A stretch of 64,000 nucleotides of DNA from contig CALWOF010000002.1 of assembly GCA_944382995.1 (NCBI GenBank), forward strand, positions 30,944 to 94,943, read 5' to 3'. The notes beneath the pieces are model-generated. The model saw nothing but the letters and a program-made list of their open reading frames with translations, ran no database searches and had not been told where the DNA came from. How positions within the stretch are numbered: position 1 is the stretch's first letter; every line of letters starts with the position of its first letter. A program made the translations under genes and the position numbers. Shown piece by piece: positions 49,616 to 59,933 of this stretch. This DNA is from an uncultured Oscillospiraceae bacterium. GTDB taxonomy: Bacteria > Bacillota > Clostridia > Oscillospirales > Oscillospiraceae.

Positions 49616-51220
49616 ATGGCAAAATTTATTTTCGTGACCGGCGGAGTGGTGTCCGGCCTGGGAAAGGGGATCGCGGCGGCCTCCCTGGGGCGGCTGCTGA
49701 AGGCCCGGGGGCTGAAGGTGGCCCTCCAGAAGTTCGACCCCTATCTGAACCTGGACCCGGGCACCATGAACCCCTATCAGCACGGCGAGGTCTTCGTCAC
49801 CGAGGACGGGGCGGAGACCGACCTGGACCTGGGCCACTACGAGCGGTTCACCGACGAGGACCTGACGCGGGACTCCTCGGTGACCTCCGGCAAGATCTAT
49901 TGGTCCGTCCTCAGCCGGGAGCGGGAGGGGGCCTTCCTGGGGGGCACGGTCCAGGTGATCCCCCACATCACAGGCGAGATCAAGGAGCGCATCTACCGGG
50001 TGGGCCGCCGGGAGGGGGTGGACGTGGTCATCACCGAGATCGGCGGCACGGTGGGAGACATCGAGTCCCAGCCCTTCCTGGAGGCCATCCGGCAGGTGGC
50101 GGCGGAGGTGGGGCGGCGGAACGTGCTCTACCTCCACGTCTCCCTCATCGTCTCCATCCCCGGCACCGGGGAGCTGAAGAGCAAGCCCACCCAGCACTCG
50201 GTGAAGGAGCTGCTGAGCCTGGGCATCCAGCCGGATGTGATCCTCTGCCGTGCCGATGGGGCCATCCCCGAGGAGGTACAGGACAAGATCGCCCTGTTCT
50301 GCAACGTGCCGGCGGAGCACGTCATTCCCAACGCGACCGCCCCGCTCCTCTATGAGGTCCCCCTGCTGTTGGAGGAGGCCGGACTGGCCAGGGCGGTCTG
50401 CGGCGCGCTGGACCTCCCGGAGAGAGTGCCCGACCTGGACGGGTGGCGGACCATGGTGGAGCGGGCCAAGCATCCGGCCGGCCGGGTGGAGATCGCCCTG
50501 GTGGGCAAATACGTGGCCCTCCACGACGCCTATCTGTCGGTGGCGGAGGCCCTGACCCACGGCGGGATCGAAAACGGGGTCCAGGTGGACATCCGCTGGG
50601 TGGATTCTGAGGGTCTCAACGACGGAAACGCCGCGGAGCTGCTGGCCGGGTGCGCCGGGGTCATCGTGCCCGGCGGCTTCGGCAGCCGGGGGATCGAGGG
50701 CATGATCTCCGCCATCCGCTGGGCCCGGGAAAACCGGGTGCCCTATTTTGGCATCTGCCTGGGGATGCAGATGGCGGTGGTGGAGTTCGCCCGCCACGCG
50801 GCCGGCCTGGCCGACGCCCACTCCAGCGAGCTGGCCGACACCGCCCACCCGGTCATCGACCTGATGCCCGAGCAGCGAAGCGTCGCCGGCAAGGGCGGCA
50901 CCATGCGGCTGGGGGCTTATCCATGCCACATCACGAACCGGGATACGCTGGCCTTCCGGGCCTACGGCGCGGAGGACATCTCCGAGCGCCACCGCCACCG
51001 CTATGAGTTCAACAACGACTTCCGCTCCCTGCTGACGGAGAAGGGGCTGGTCCTGTCCGGCCTCTCCCCGGACGGAACGCTGGTGGAGATGGTAGAGCTG
51101 CCCGACCACCCCTGGTTCGTGGGGGTCCAGTTTCACCCGGAGTTCAAGTCCCGGCCCAACAAGGCCCATCCCCTGTTCCGGGCCTTCGTCGCCGCGGCGA
51201 AGGCATACCGAGCGCCTTGA
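49616..51220 (+). CDS. pyrG: CTP synthase
   Basis: [43 protein letters not shown]. Confidence 0.98.
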   Translation: MAKFIFVTGGVVSGLGKGIAAASLGRLLKARGLKVALQKFDPYLNLDPGTMNPYQHGEVFVTEDGAETDLDLGHYERFTDEDLTRDSSVTSGKIYWSVLSREREGAFLGGTVQVIPHITGEIKERIYRVGRREGVDVVITEIGGTVGDIESQPFLEAIRQVAAEVGRRNVLYLHVSLIVSIPGTGELKSKPTQHSVKELLSLGIQPDVILCRADGAIPEEVQDKIALFCNVPAEHVIPNATAPLLYEVPLLLEEAGLARAVCGALDLPERVPDLDGWRTMVERAKHPAGRVEIALVGKYVALHDAYLSVAEALTHGGIENGVQVDIRWVDSEGLNDGNAAELLAGCAGVIVPGGFGSRGIEGMISAIRWARENRVPYFGICLGMQMAVVEFARHAAGLADAHSSELADTAHPVIDLMPEQRSVAGKGGTMRLGAYPCHITNRDTLAFRAYGAEDISERHRHRYEFNNDFRSLLTEKGLVLSGLSPDGTLVEMVELPDHPWFVGVQFHPEFKSRPNKAHPLFRAFVAAAKAYRAP

Positions 51221-51314
51221 CAGCCGTCCTGCGCCGGCAGCGGGATATCCTTCTCCCGCGGCGCGGCATCGTGTCCCGTGCAGCCGGGGCCGGACCCGCC
51301 CAGTTCATTTGCAG

Positions 51315-51356
51315 CACAGCCCCCGGCTCTCCGAAAACGGAGAGCCGGGGGCTGTG
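51315..51356. terminator. 19-bp hairpin between convergent pyrG and sortase
   Basis: CACAGCCCCCGGCTCTCCG-aaaa-CGGAGAGCCGGGGGCTGTG. Confidence 0.7.
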
Positions 51357-51454
51357 TGTCAGTATGGAAGGTCCCATCCAGAGAGCGAGCTTGTGAGAGC
51401 GACCTTTGCCGCGATTTCGGCATCGAAACAAAATCTCCCGTCAGGAGCTTCCCC

Positions 51455-52075
51455 TCACCTGTCTGCCGCAATGTCATCCGTCTGCCGGCAGCGGACGGTC
51501 ACCCGGGCGGCGCCGCCCACGGTGCAGGTGAACAGCGTCAGATCCCAGTCGCCGCTCTCCATCTCCTCGATGGCAGTCCGCTCCAGCTGCTCCACCAGGG
51601 AGACCTCGTAGGTGAAGCGGTTCCCGTCCGCATCTGTAAAACGGATGACATCCCCCGCCGTGAGGCTGTGGATCTGCCCGAAGTGGCGGCTGTAGTTGTG
51701 GGCCAGGAGGATCAGGTCCCCCTGATAGGCGGACCCCTGATACCGGCAGGGGGCGATCTTCAGATCCGGATAACTCCACCGGCTCATCACCGGCAGCTCC
51801 AGCTCCAGGGCCGGGATCTCCAGCACGCCGATATAGAGATGTCCGTCCACCTCTGTCTCCGGCATCTCCATGTCCGGATCCAGCACGTAGGCAGGGACTA
51901 CCTCTTCCGGTTCCTCCGGCGGATCTGCCTCAGCCGGCGGAGGCTGCTCCATCTGCCGGAGCACCTGTTCCGAGGCCTGAGCGGCCTGCTGGTCCTCCAG
52001 CAGGTTCCACCCGGCGAGCAGAAGGGCTGCCGCCAGAAGCAGCAGCCCTCCGCAGATCATCATTTTATGCCTCAT
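51455..52075 (-). CDS. sortase
   Basis: N-terminal anchor; His in LAHNY; TLFTC; Arg in ARVTVRC; adjacent LPQTG substrate. Confidence 0.92.
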   Translation of the reverse strand: MRHKMMICGGLLLLAAALLLAGWNLLEDQQAAQASEQVLRQMEQPPPAEADPPEEPEEVVPAYVLDPDMEMPETEVDGHLYIGVLEIPALELELPVMSRWSYPDLKIAPCRYQGSAYQGDLILLAHNYSRHFGQIHSLTAGDVIRFTDADGNRFTYEVSLVEQLERTAIEEMESGDWDLTLFTCTVGGAARVTVRCRQTDDIAADR

Positions 52076-55000
52076 GCTTGCCGTGGTATCTCTTTTTTAC
52101 CAGGATCCCGGCCAGCATCAGAATGGCTCCCGCAATGGCCAGAAGCCACACCGGCCACCAGCTCTGCCCGGTCTGGGGCAGGGTGGGCTGGTCCGGTTCG
52201 CCGGGGGTTCCGTCATCGGGGATATCGGTCTCCGGCTCGTCAGGCTCCTCCGGGGGTGTCTCCGGCTCCTCCGGGGTATCCGGTTCCTCCGGCTCATCCG
52301 GTTCGTCCGGAGGCGTCTCCGGCTCCTCCGGGAGGTCGTCATTGATGATGGTGTACGTCCAGCCGTTCTTCTCCATGGAAGAGGTGAAGCCCTCCGGCAC
52401 ATCAACCTCCGCCACAGACCAGTCATAGCGGTCACTCAGGCCGGTCCAGGTGTGGCGCCAGTGGTTCCCGGCGTTGAGCTTCACGGTCTTGTAAACCTCG
52501 CCGTTCCGCAGCAGCGCCACGGTGACGGACGCCGGCATCTGGCCGCCGTCGTCCAGGATCCACTTCTTCTCCACTGTCACGCTGGTCTCATGGTCCTCTC
52601 CGCCGCCGGGGCTGGGCTTGTGGTTGTTGAACTCTGCCTGAGCGGTCTTGCCTGCCGGAATGGTGCCGGTGGCGCCGCTGGAGGTGACGGTATAGCCGCC
52701 GCTGCCGCTCTCCACCACGGTGTAGCCCACACCCGCGGGCAGGCCGGTAGCGGTGCGGCTCTCCCCATGGGAGAGGGTGAAGGTGGCCACGCCGTCCGTA
52801 AAGGCCATGTCGCCGTAGGAGCCGCTGATGCTGCGGTTGTCCAGCGTGACGGTAAAGGTAAACGCCTGCGTGGTGCTGGCCCCGCCGCCGGAGACGGTCT
52901 TGGAGACCGTCAGGCCGCCGGTGGTCGGTCCTGGCTCTTCGCCTTTCGTGTTGGTCACCGTGATGGTGATGATCCGGTTTTCTTCATCGACCACCGCCTC
53001 GGAGTACGAGACCTCGTACCCCGCGGGGACCGGGTCCTCCACCACGGCGTACTCCACACCCGCTAAATCGCCCGTCAGGCTGTCCGGGGCAGGCAGGTCG
53101 GTGAAGGAGGCGGTCCAGTCGTTCTCCGCGCTTAGGACGACGGGGTCCAGCCGGTGGCTGCCGATCATCAGATACACGGTCACGGAGGCGCCGTCCGCGG
53201 GCGTGCCGCCTTCCCAGACCTTTTTCACCTGGAGGGTGTAGTCCTTATCCTGCTCGCCCAGGTCCGCGGCGCCGTTGGAGCCGATGCCGCCGCCCATGAC
53301 GGTGGCGGTGTTGTCCGTCACCACCGCGTTGTAGAGGGTCCCCAGCTGGGGCGGCTCGCTGACGTAAACGCCGCCGCCGTGGTTCCCGGCCTCGTTGTTG
53401 GTAATATAGCCGCCCTCCAGGACGACATCGTCGGAGTTGATGTAGACACCGCCGCCGCTCCGGCTGGCGTAGTTTTCGGAGATGATGCCTCCGGTCATAG
53501 TGAATTTGCTCCTTGTACCGAGAGCCCCCTTTCCTTCACTAGCCTCAGACGCAGTCCCGCCGGTGCCCGCCACACAGACACCGCCGCCGAATCCGCTGTA
53601 CGCCTCATTGTTCTGGATGGTGCCGCCGGTCATGGTAAGCTCCGCGTTGCCGACCACATAAATACCGCCGCCCTCGCGGGAAAAATTCCCCTCGATCACC
53701 GCGTCGCCGGACAGAGTCATCACCGCGTATGGCTGGTCCTTATTCCAGCCGCAGAGGAGGACGCCTCCGCCCTGACATATAGCGCTGCTGAAATTCTCGT
53801 TGTTCCGGATCACGCCGCCGGACATCTCAAACCTTCCGCCGGAGGTAACCGATACGGTTCCTTTCACCCTGGTACTCCCGGACATCTCGAAGTTTTCAAT
53901 GACACCGCCGGACATCCGGAAGGTGGAATCCGCCTCCACCCGCACCGCGCCGCAGTTATAGGCGGTGATCGTGCCGCCGCAGAGCACCGCGTCCTCCAAA
54001 ATCAGCGTTCCGCCGTTGATGACCCGGGCGATATTTCCCCGGGAAGTGGTTTGGGTGGCCCCACCTTTGAAGGTCAGGCGGTTGTCCTTGCTGGTGCTGG
54101 CCAGGGTCAGATGCCCTTCCACCCGGAACATCTCGTCCGTGGTGGAGGTCAGGGTGTGGGGCTTGCCGTCGTCCACCAGGGTGATGATCTTGTTTTCCGG
54201 GATGGTGACGGTCTCGCCGATGGTGTAGTTGCTATCGATGACGATTTTCATTTCCTCGCCGTCGACCGCCGCGTCAATGGCATCCTGAAGCTCCCCGGCG
54301 GTGGCTGCGCTCGGGTCGATGTAGGTGATGCTGCTCGCATCCATCAGCCCCTCAGCATTGGAGATGTCCTCTTTCAGGCTCTCCGATGTGCTGTATACGG
54401 TGACCATGCCAATGTCGCACGAGCTGAACGCAGTTGGATCAATAGATTCCAGACCGGCTCCCAGCACAACGTCGATGGGGTCCTCAGACGACGGGCTTTC
54501 AAACACGGATGCCGGCAGACTTTTCACCCCATCTCCGATGACAATTTTTGTGAGGACACCGGCCCAAGTAAATGCTGCCTCACCGATTTCTGTTACAGAA
54601 TCTGGGATGACCAACTCACCCTCAACAAAAGCCGAATCAAAGGCGTGTGCACCAATTTTCTGCAATCCTTCCGATAATTTCAACGTTATCGGGGGATACA
54701 GAAATTCAAATGCCCATTCTGCTATCTCCGTGACGGAGTATTCGCTGCCGTCTTGCGTCGTAATCGTCGCGGGAATTTCCAGCACATCGTCAGTGGGTTC
54801 GCCGCCGGTGGCGGCGGCGGTGCCGTCGTCATATAGGTCGTACTCGATCTTGTTCACCGTCACCGAGCCGGACTTTGACGCGGCGGCCGGCTGGACCGGA
54901 ATGGGCGGCGCTGGTTCCGCCTCCGCCCCCGCCTCCGCGGCGGCGCAGATGGCGCGGACATCGGTACAGGGCGCTCCCTCCACCGCCTCCGCGTAGCCGC

Positions 55001-55371
55001 AGGTATCATCATGGACATGGGTGCAGGGCTGTTCCTCCACAGCGGGCTGGTAAGCGCAGCCCTCCTGATGGACGATGTTCCCGTTTTCATCTGTATCTGT
55101 ACATTCCTTATCGCAGGGAACCTCTTCCACAGCGGCCTGATACCCACAATCCTCATCGTGGACATGGTTGCAGGGCCGGCCCTCCACGGCTTCTACATAG
55201 CCGCAGTCCGCCGTGTGCGCCGGGTGGTGCTCACACAGTCCGCCGGTATAGGCAGCGGCCTCCGCCGGCGCGATGCCCGCCGCCAGCGACGGCGCCAGCA
55301 GGCTGACGCACAGCAGCGCCGCCAGCCACCTTCGCTGCTTCCTTTGGCCTCTTCAGAACTCTCTTTCCCAT
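52065..55371 (-). CDS. LPXTG-anchored Cna-B/BspA-LRR adhesin-like protein with an apparent frameshift in the signal peptide
   Basis: LPQTG+TM+basic tail; Cna-B repeats; LRR segment; long frame open from about 55352, but ATG 55371 with RBS is one base out of frame. Confidence 0.8.
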
Positions 55372-55412
55372 ATTCTGTATCTCCCTTCATCTCCTTTGCA
55401 TGTAACGGCCGC

Positions 55413-58400
55413 TCACTCGTACCGGCTCCAGTCGGGGGCGCGGTCCAGGCTCGTCCAGGTCTCGTAGGTCCGGTCCTTGGCGACGAAGCCGTGGCTGTTG
55501 GCGGCCTCCTGGACGGCCAGGTAGTACCAGTCGCCCTCCCGGCAGTCGGTCCAGGTGCTCATGCCGGGCAGCAGGTCCTGCGCCGTCTCCGGCTGGCGGC
55601 AGAGCATCCGGTTGATCATGGTCACCGCTTGGGCCCGGGTGATGTACTGGTCCGGCCGGAAGCTGCCGTCGCTGTAGCCCTGGATCCAGCCCAGTGCCGC
55701 GGCGCGGCCGATTTCCGCCTCCGCCCAGTGGCCGGAGGTGTCCGTGAACGCGCTGGCGACGGAGACGCCGCCCTCGTCGAACCGGGCGCAGATGGCGGCA
55801 AACTCCGCCCGGGTGATGGAGGCATCGGGGTCGAAGCTGCCATCGCTGCGGCCGTTGACGATCCCCAGCGCCGCCATGGTGGAGATGGCCGTGCTGGCCC
55901 AGTAGTCCTCACTGACGTCGGGGAACGGATTGCCGGCGGTCAGATAGTCGTCCCGGATGTCCTCGTCGAGAAGCCGGAAGAAGATCGTCGCCACCTGGGC
56001 TCTCGTGATGCTGGCGTTGGGCCGGATGGTGCCGTCGGCGTAGCCCTGGAGGTAGGCGTAGTGGGCGTCGCCGTTGAGCAGATCGGGGACGGTGGTCTCC
56101 GCCCAGCCGGCGAACAGGGTGATGGCGCCGCGGACCCTGAGGATCTCGTCCTCGTCCACCCGCATGGTCAACTTCCGGTCCCGGTACCAGCCGGTAAAGC
56201 GGTACCCGGGCCGGGTGGGGATGTGGGAGCCGTACTCGTCATCGTCGTAGACGTTGAGCGAGAAGTCCCTCCCCTTCCCGTCGATGGGGTCGAACTCCGT
56301 GCCGCCGTTGGAGTTGAATTTCAGGTACGGGTCGCTGTCGTGGTCGTCATTTCCGCCGCCGGGGGTAGGGTCGGGGGTGGGGTCAGCGGGCTGCTGCTTC
56401 GCTGTCACGGTCAGTTGGTCTGTCTGCGCTGTTTTTCCTTGATAGGTCACGGTGATGGCCTTACCGTCGTGATCTGTAATAGTTAGTGGGGTGCCGTGAG
56501 GGATGGAAAACTCCACGCCCGGCTCATCATATTTGATGATCTCTGAGCTTCCGTCATTGTAGGTGACAGTCAACTCTAGAGCAGAGAGGAACAACGCTTC
56601 GCCTTCGGTGTAGTTCAGCTTTGGCTGTTTTGTAACAGCAATACCAGTAATCTGTCTTTCCTGAACCCGGAACTGACAGGTAAATCTGACGCTGGGATTA
56701 CTAGTAGAAATATGGTTGGAATATGTATAAGAATATTGGCTTACCGGCAGTCCTTCTTTTGGCTGAACCGTAAAAGAAACCTCATCGCCAGGAGACAGGG
56801 TAATTTTTTTCGTGGTAGTGGAAGGTCCAAAGTTTTCCCACTTGTCTCCGATTGGTGTAACATTGAAGGAAGACGATGATGTCGAAAGTGTTATTTGCTT
56901 TTCCTTTTCTCCCGTATTCTTTACGACCACTGTTTGAGCCTCAGGAGGTGTATATCCAGGAGCAACCGTACCAAAGTCGATGGTAGGCGGTGAAACTTCT
57001 AACCGCGCTTCCGTATCGCGAAATACAGCGTGAATGGTAACGTCCGCTTCTGGCATCGTAAAGGTATAGGTCTGAGTTCCCATCGTGCCTGTGCTGTTTT
57101 TCGTTAACTCCACAGGTTCCTTGCTGTCTGTCTCGTAAGCTGAGATCGTATCTAAAACATAAAACGAAGCTACTCGTGGGGCTGCAGTAACAGTAACCGT
57201 TGTTCCACCTTGGGCCCGATTCTCTGGCTCCGTCGTGATAGATCCGTTGGGATATGATGCCGTTCCGCCTTCGACCTCTATTGTGATCTGATAGTCCATC
57301 GCCTCATCTGCACCCCGGACCTCCACAGGCAGGGTAAAGTGGATATTATCCATTTCACCGGTGATCAGGCAGGCATCCGAGGCTTGGTCCACAGATACTT
57401 TCTTTCTATCGTCACTTGGCGTTACAGTGATCCCATCGCTTGTATCGCCATCACTGTATTGAAATCCGTCGTTGATTCCTTCTGTCTCAGTAAAAGCATC
57501 CTCATTCAAAGAAACATAAGTAAACGGCGCAGCCGCTTTGTTTACTTGTAATACATTGGGCACAATATAATAAACATCCGTAGCGTTTACCCAACTGGCA
57601 CTCGTGTGGACCGGTTTGGTAATCTGCTTGTCGTTTTGTACCGCATAGGTATATACATTTTTCCACACCGCATCTCTGGTGTCATTCCAATTTCCCGCAA
57701 TGTTGGCAAAGTAGGCATTCTCCGTTTCTGCCTGCAAATCAATCATTGCAAAGGAGTTTTCAATTGTGGAAAAACACGCTTTTCCAAAAAATCCGCCAAT
57801 ATTGGTATTACATAAGACAGAATTTGAAGTCAAGGTTTCCTCTGCTGCTGTTAAATCCAGTATGCTAGAGCAGGAGGTCTCTTTGAGATAAATAACCGGC
57901 GGGTTACTGCTGGAACCACTAGATGGCATATATCCTACTGCGCCGCCAATACTAAAAGACTTACTGGTACCAGCAACGCCCTCAGCTGTTGCTGTAAGGT
58001 TCAAAGACAGGTCGCAGCTTTCTATTTTAGTGGTATTTTTTGAATTTGATATATAGCCAATAGCGCCGCCGATATACGTCCGGTAATAGGTTGATACCGC
58101 CCTATGATTCATATTCAATGCGGCAATATTCTTTTGAAGCGTTGCATACGAACCAGATTCACCGTCAACGGCTCCCAAAATACCTCCTGCTTTTACAATC
58201 ACACCGGCATCAGTGGTAATTTCTACGTTCAAATCAGTTTTGCAATTTTCAATCGTCACCTGTGTTTTAGGGCTGTTGGCCGCAGCAATACCACCGATAT
58301 AAATGATGGTAGTATCCTCCGATCGCACCTCGCCATTTATACTCACCTGATTTAAGATCACATCTTTAACCGTGCCATCGGAAATCCTGCCGAAAAGGCC

Positions 58401-58751
58401 GGCACTTAGATTACTGTCCGACAAAACAATGGACATATGGGAAATCGTCTTGCCTCCGCCGTCAAAAGTTCCGGAGAACGGGTGCTCCTGGGTCCCGATG
58501 GGCACCCATTCATGGTCGCTCAGGTCGATGTTGTCAGCCAGCGTCACGGTTTCTCCGGTAAAACTGCCGTTATTCACCGCCGCCGCAAAGGCTGCCAGAT
58601 CTTCCGCGGAATCGATCGTGTAATCGTCATCAGAACCCCAATTTTCTGTGGCATGATCCGTCCATTTGTCATCTGCCGCCGCGGCGCTCACGGGCAGCAG
58701 AGACAGCGCCATGACGGCCGCCAGCAATACTGATAAGATCCTTCTCTTCAT
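55413..58751 (-). CDS. S-layer homology (SLH) domain surface protein
   Basis: signal peptide; DIDL..EWVPIG..FSGTFDG N-terminal domain; Ig-like and InlB-B-like repeats; three SLH motifs (ITRAQ, ITRAE, ITRAQ). Confidence 0.92.
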   Translation of the reverse strand: MKRRILSVLLAAVMALSLLPVSAAAADDKWTDHATENWGSDDDYTIDSAEDLAAFAAAVNNGSFTGETVTLADNIDLSDHEWVPIGTQEHPFSGTFDGGGKTISHMSIVLSDSNLSAGLFGRISDGTVKDVILNQVSINGEVRSEDTTIIYIGGIAAANSPKTQVTIENCKTDLNVEITTDAGVIVKAGGILGAVDGESGSYATLQKNIAALNMNHRAVSTYYRTYIGGAIGYISNSKNTTKIESCDLSLNLTATAEGVAGTSKSFSIGGAVGYMPSSGSSSNPPVIYLKETSCSSILDLTAAEETLTSNSVLCNTNIGGFFGKACFSTIENSFAMIDLQAETENAYFANIAGNWNDTRDAVWKNVYTYAVQNDKQITKPVHTSASWVNATDVYYIVPNVLQVNKAAAPFTYVSLNEDAFTETEGINDGFQYSDGDTSDGITVTPSDDRKKVSVDQASDACLITGEMDNIHFTLPVEVRGADEAMDYQITIEVEGGTASYPNGSITTEPENRAQGGTTVTVTAAPRVASFYVLDTISAYETDSKEPVELTKNSTGTMGTQTYTFTMPEADVTIHAVFRDTEARLEVSPPTIDFGTVAPGYTPPEAQTVVVKNTGEKEKQITLSTSSSSFNVTPIGDKWENFGPSTTTKKITLSPGDEVSFTVQPKEGLPVSQYSYTYSNHISTSNPSVRFTCQFRVQERQITGIAVTKQPKLNYTEGEALFLSALELTVTYNDGSSEIIKYDEPGVEFSIPHGTPLTITDHDGKAITVTYQGKTAQTDQLTVTAKQQPADPTPDPTPGGGNDDHDSDPYLKFNSNGGTEFDPIDGKGRDFSLNVYDDDEYGSHIPTRPGYRFTGWYRDRKLTMRVDEDEILRVRGAITLFAGWAETTVPDLLNGDAHYAYLQGYADGTIRPNASITRAQVATIFFRLLDEDIRDDYLTAGNPFPDVSEDYWASTAISTMAALGIVNGRSDGSFDPDASITRAEFAAICARFDEGGVSVASAFTDTSGHWAEAEIGRAAALGWIQGYSDGSFRPDQYITRAQAVTMINRMLCRQPETAQDLLPGMSTWTDCREGDWYYLAVQEAANSHGFVAKDRTYETWTSLDRAPDWSRYE

Positions 58752-58806
58752 CTCCGGTCATCTCCTGTTCTTCATCGTTGAAAATAGCTTTCCTTTCCAG
58801 GCGGCG

Positions 58807-59640
58807 TCACGCGCCGTTCCAGCCCACGGCCAGCTGCTCCGTGTCCAGCATGCGCTCATAGGCTTGCTCCGCCAAAAGGCGCACGCTCTGCTCCACGTCC
58901 GTCCGGGTGGACCGGTAGAGCCGCTGCAGGCACCGGGGCGTACACTTGGCCTCCTCCACCCGGGCGTCCCAGCTCAGGGTCTGGATCTCCGCCGTCACCT
59001 GGGTCCGCCGCAGGGCCCGGCCGTTCCGGGACACGAACACCGGCCCGGTCCGGATGCCCCTGCGGGCCATGTAGTCCAACAGCTCCTGCCGCAGGCAGCC
59101 GGGGATGAGGCTCTCCCCCTCGGCCGGCAGGCGCCCCGCCTCCACGGCCTCCGCCGTCATCAGAGACAGCTCTCCCACCCGGATGCCGGTCAGAGCGAAC
59201 ACCTTCACCATCAGGTAGATCCGCTCCCGCCCCAGGGTCCGGGCGGTCTGCAGCAGCCGCAGGTACTCCGTCCGCGTCAGCTCCGGCTGGACCTCCGGCA
59301 CGACGTCCAGCTGGCCCACCAGCTGCAGGTCCCGCCGCCCCATGTGCTCCAGCAGGCCGTTGGCGGCGGAGAGGTGGGTGTTGACGGTCCCGGGGGAGTA
59401 CCCTCGGTCCAGCAGCGTGTCCTGCCAGTCGGCCAGTGTCTCCCGCCGGACCTGCTTGTCCGGTGGCAGGTCCTCCCACAGCGTCCGCAGCCGGGAGGCG
59501 TACATCCGCACCGTGTCGGCGCTGCGGCCCTTGGCCGTCAGATCCGCCAGATACGTCCGGACCGCCTTCTCCGTGACCACGGCCGGCATCGCCGGTACCT
59601 GGAGATCCGGCGTCCGGCGCTCCTCTGCAGCAGTCTGCAT
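58807..59640 (-). CDS. tyrosine recombinase paralog lacking catalytic residues (pseudo-recombinase)
   Basis: colinear with the neighbouring integrase (TVN..L.A.N, TGIRV.EL, L.R.Q); PHNLRH is PRCLQR and LGH...Y is absent; intact ORF with GGAGG RBS. Confidence 0.85.
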   Translation of the reverse strand: MQTAAEERRTPDLQVPAMPAVVTEKAVRTYLADLTAKGRSADTVRMYASRLRTLWEDLPPDKQVRRETLADWQDTLLDRGYSPGTVNTHLSAANGLLEHMGRRDLQLVGQLDVVPEVQPELTRTEYLRLLQTARTLGRERIYLMVKVFALTGIRVGELSLMTAEAVEAGRLPAEGESLIPGCLRQELLDYMARRGIRTGPVFVSRNGRALRRTQVTAEIQTLSWDARVEEAKCTPRCLQRLYRSTRTDVEQSVRLLAEQAYERMLDTEQLAVGWNGA

Positions 59641-59659
59641 ATCCATCCCTCCACGCACA

Positions 59660-59932
59660 CAACAGAATCAGCCTTTTGACGCCATCCGCGAGGCAGATCT
59701 CTCCGGCAGCAGGTGTGAGAAGGGCACAAAAACAGCTCACACGCAGCGTGTGAGCCGATATAGACATACTGACTAAAGCCGGGGCAAAATTCGACCTGTT
59801 CCGGCTTATTTTCCGTTGGCAAAATCAGGATAACTACTTGAAAACAAGGGGTGGCTGTGCTATCCTGTTACCAGATTTATGTAGTTGAGCGGGTTGCTTG
59901 CGCGGCTTGCTGTCAAAAGGCTGATTCTGTTG
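59660..59932. promoter_or_regulatory. putative invertible DNA switch, 273 bp, OFF orientation
   Basis: perfect 21-bp inverted repeats at 59660-59680 and 59912-59932; internal plus-strand promoter TTGAAA-17-TATCCT (59838-59866); minus-strand terminator 59728-59755. Confidence 0.85.
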
Positions 59933-59933
59933 A

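Noticed and set aside
52200-52335. PEEP/PDEP tandem repeats
   Set aside because: Ordinary wall-spanning linker before an LPXTG signal.
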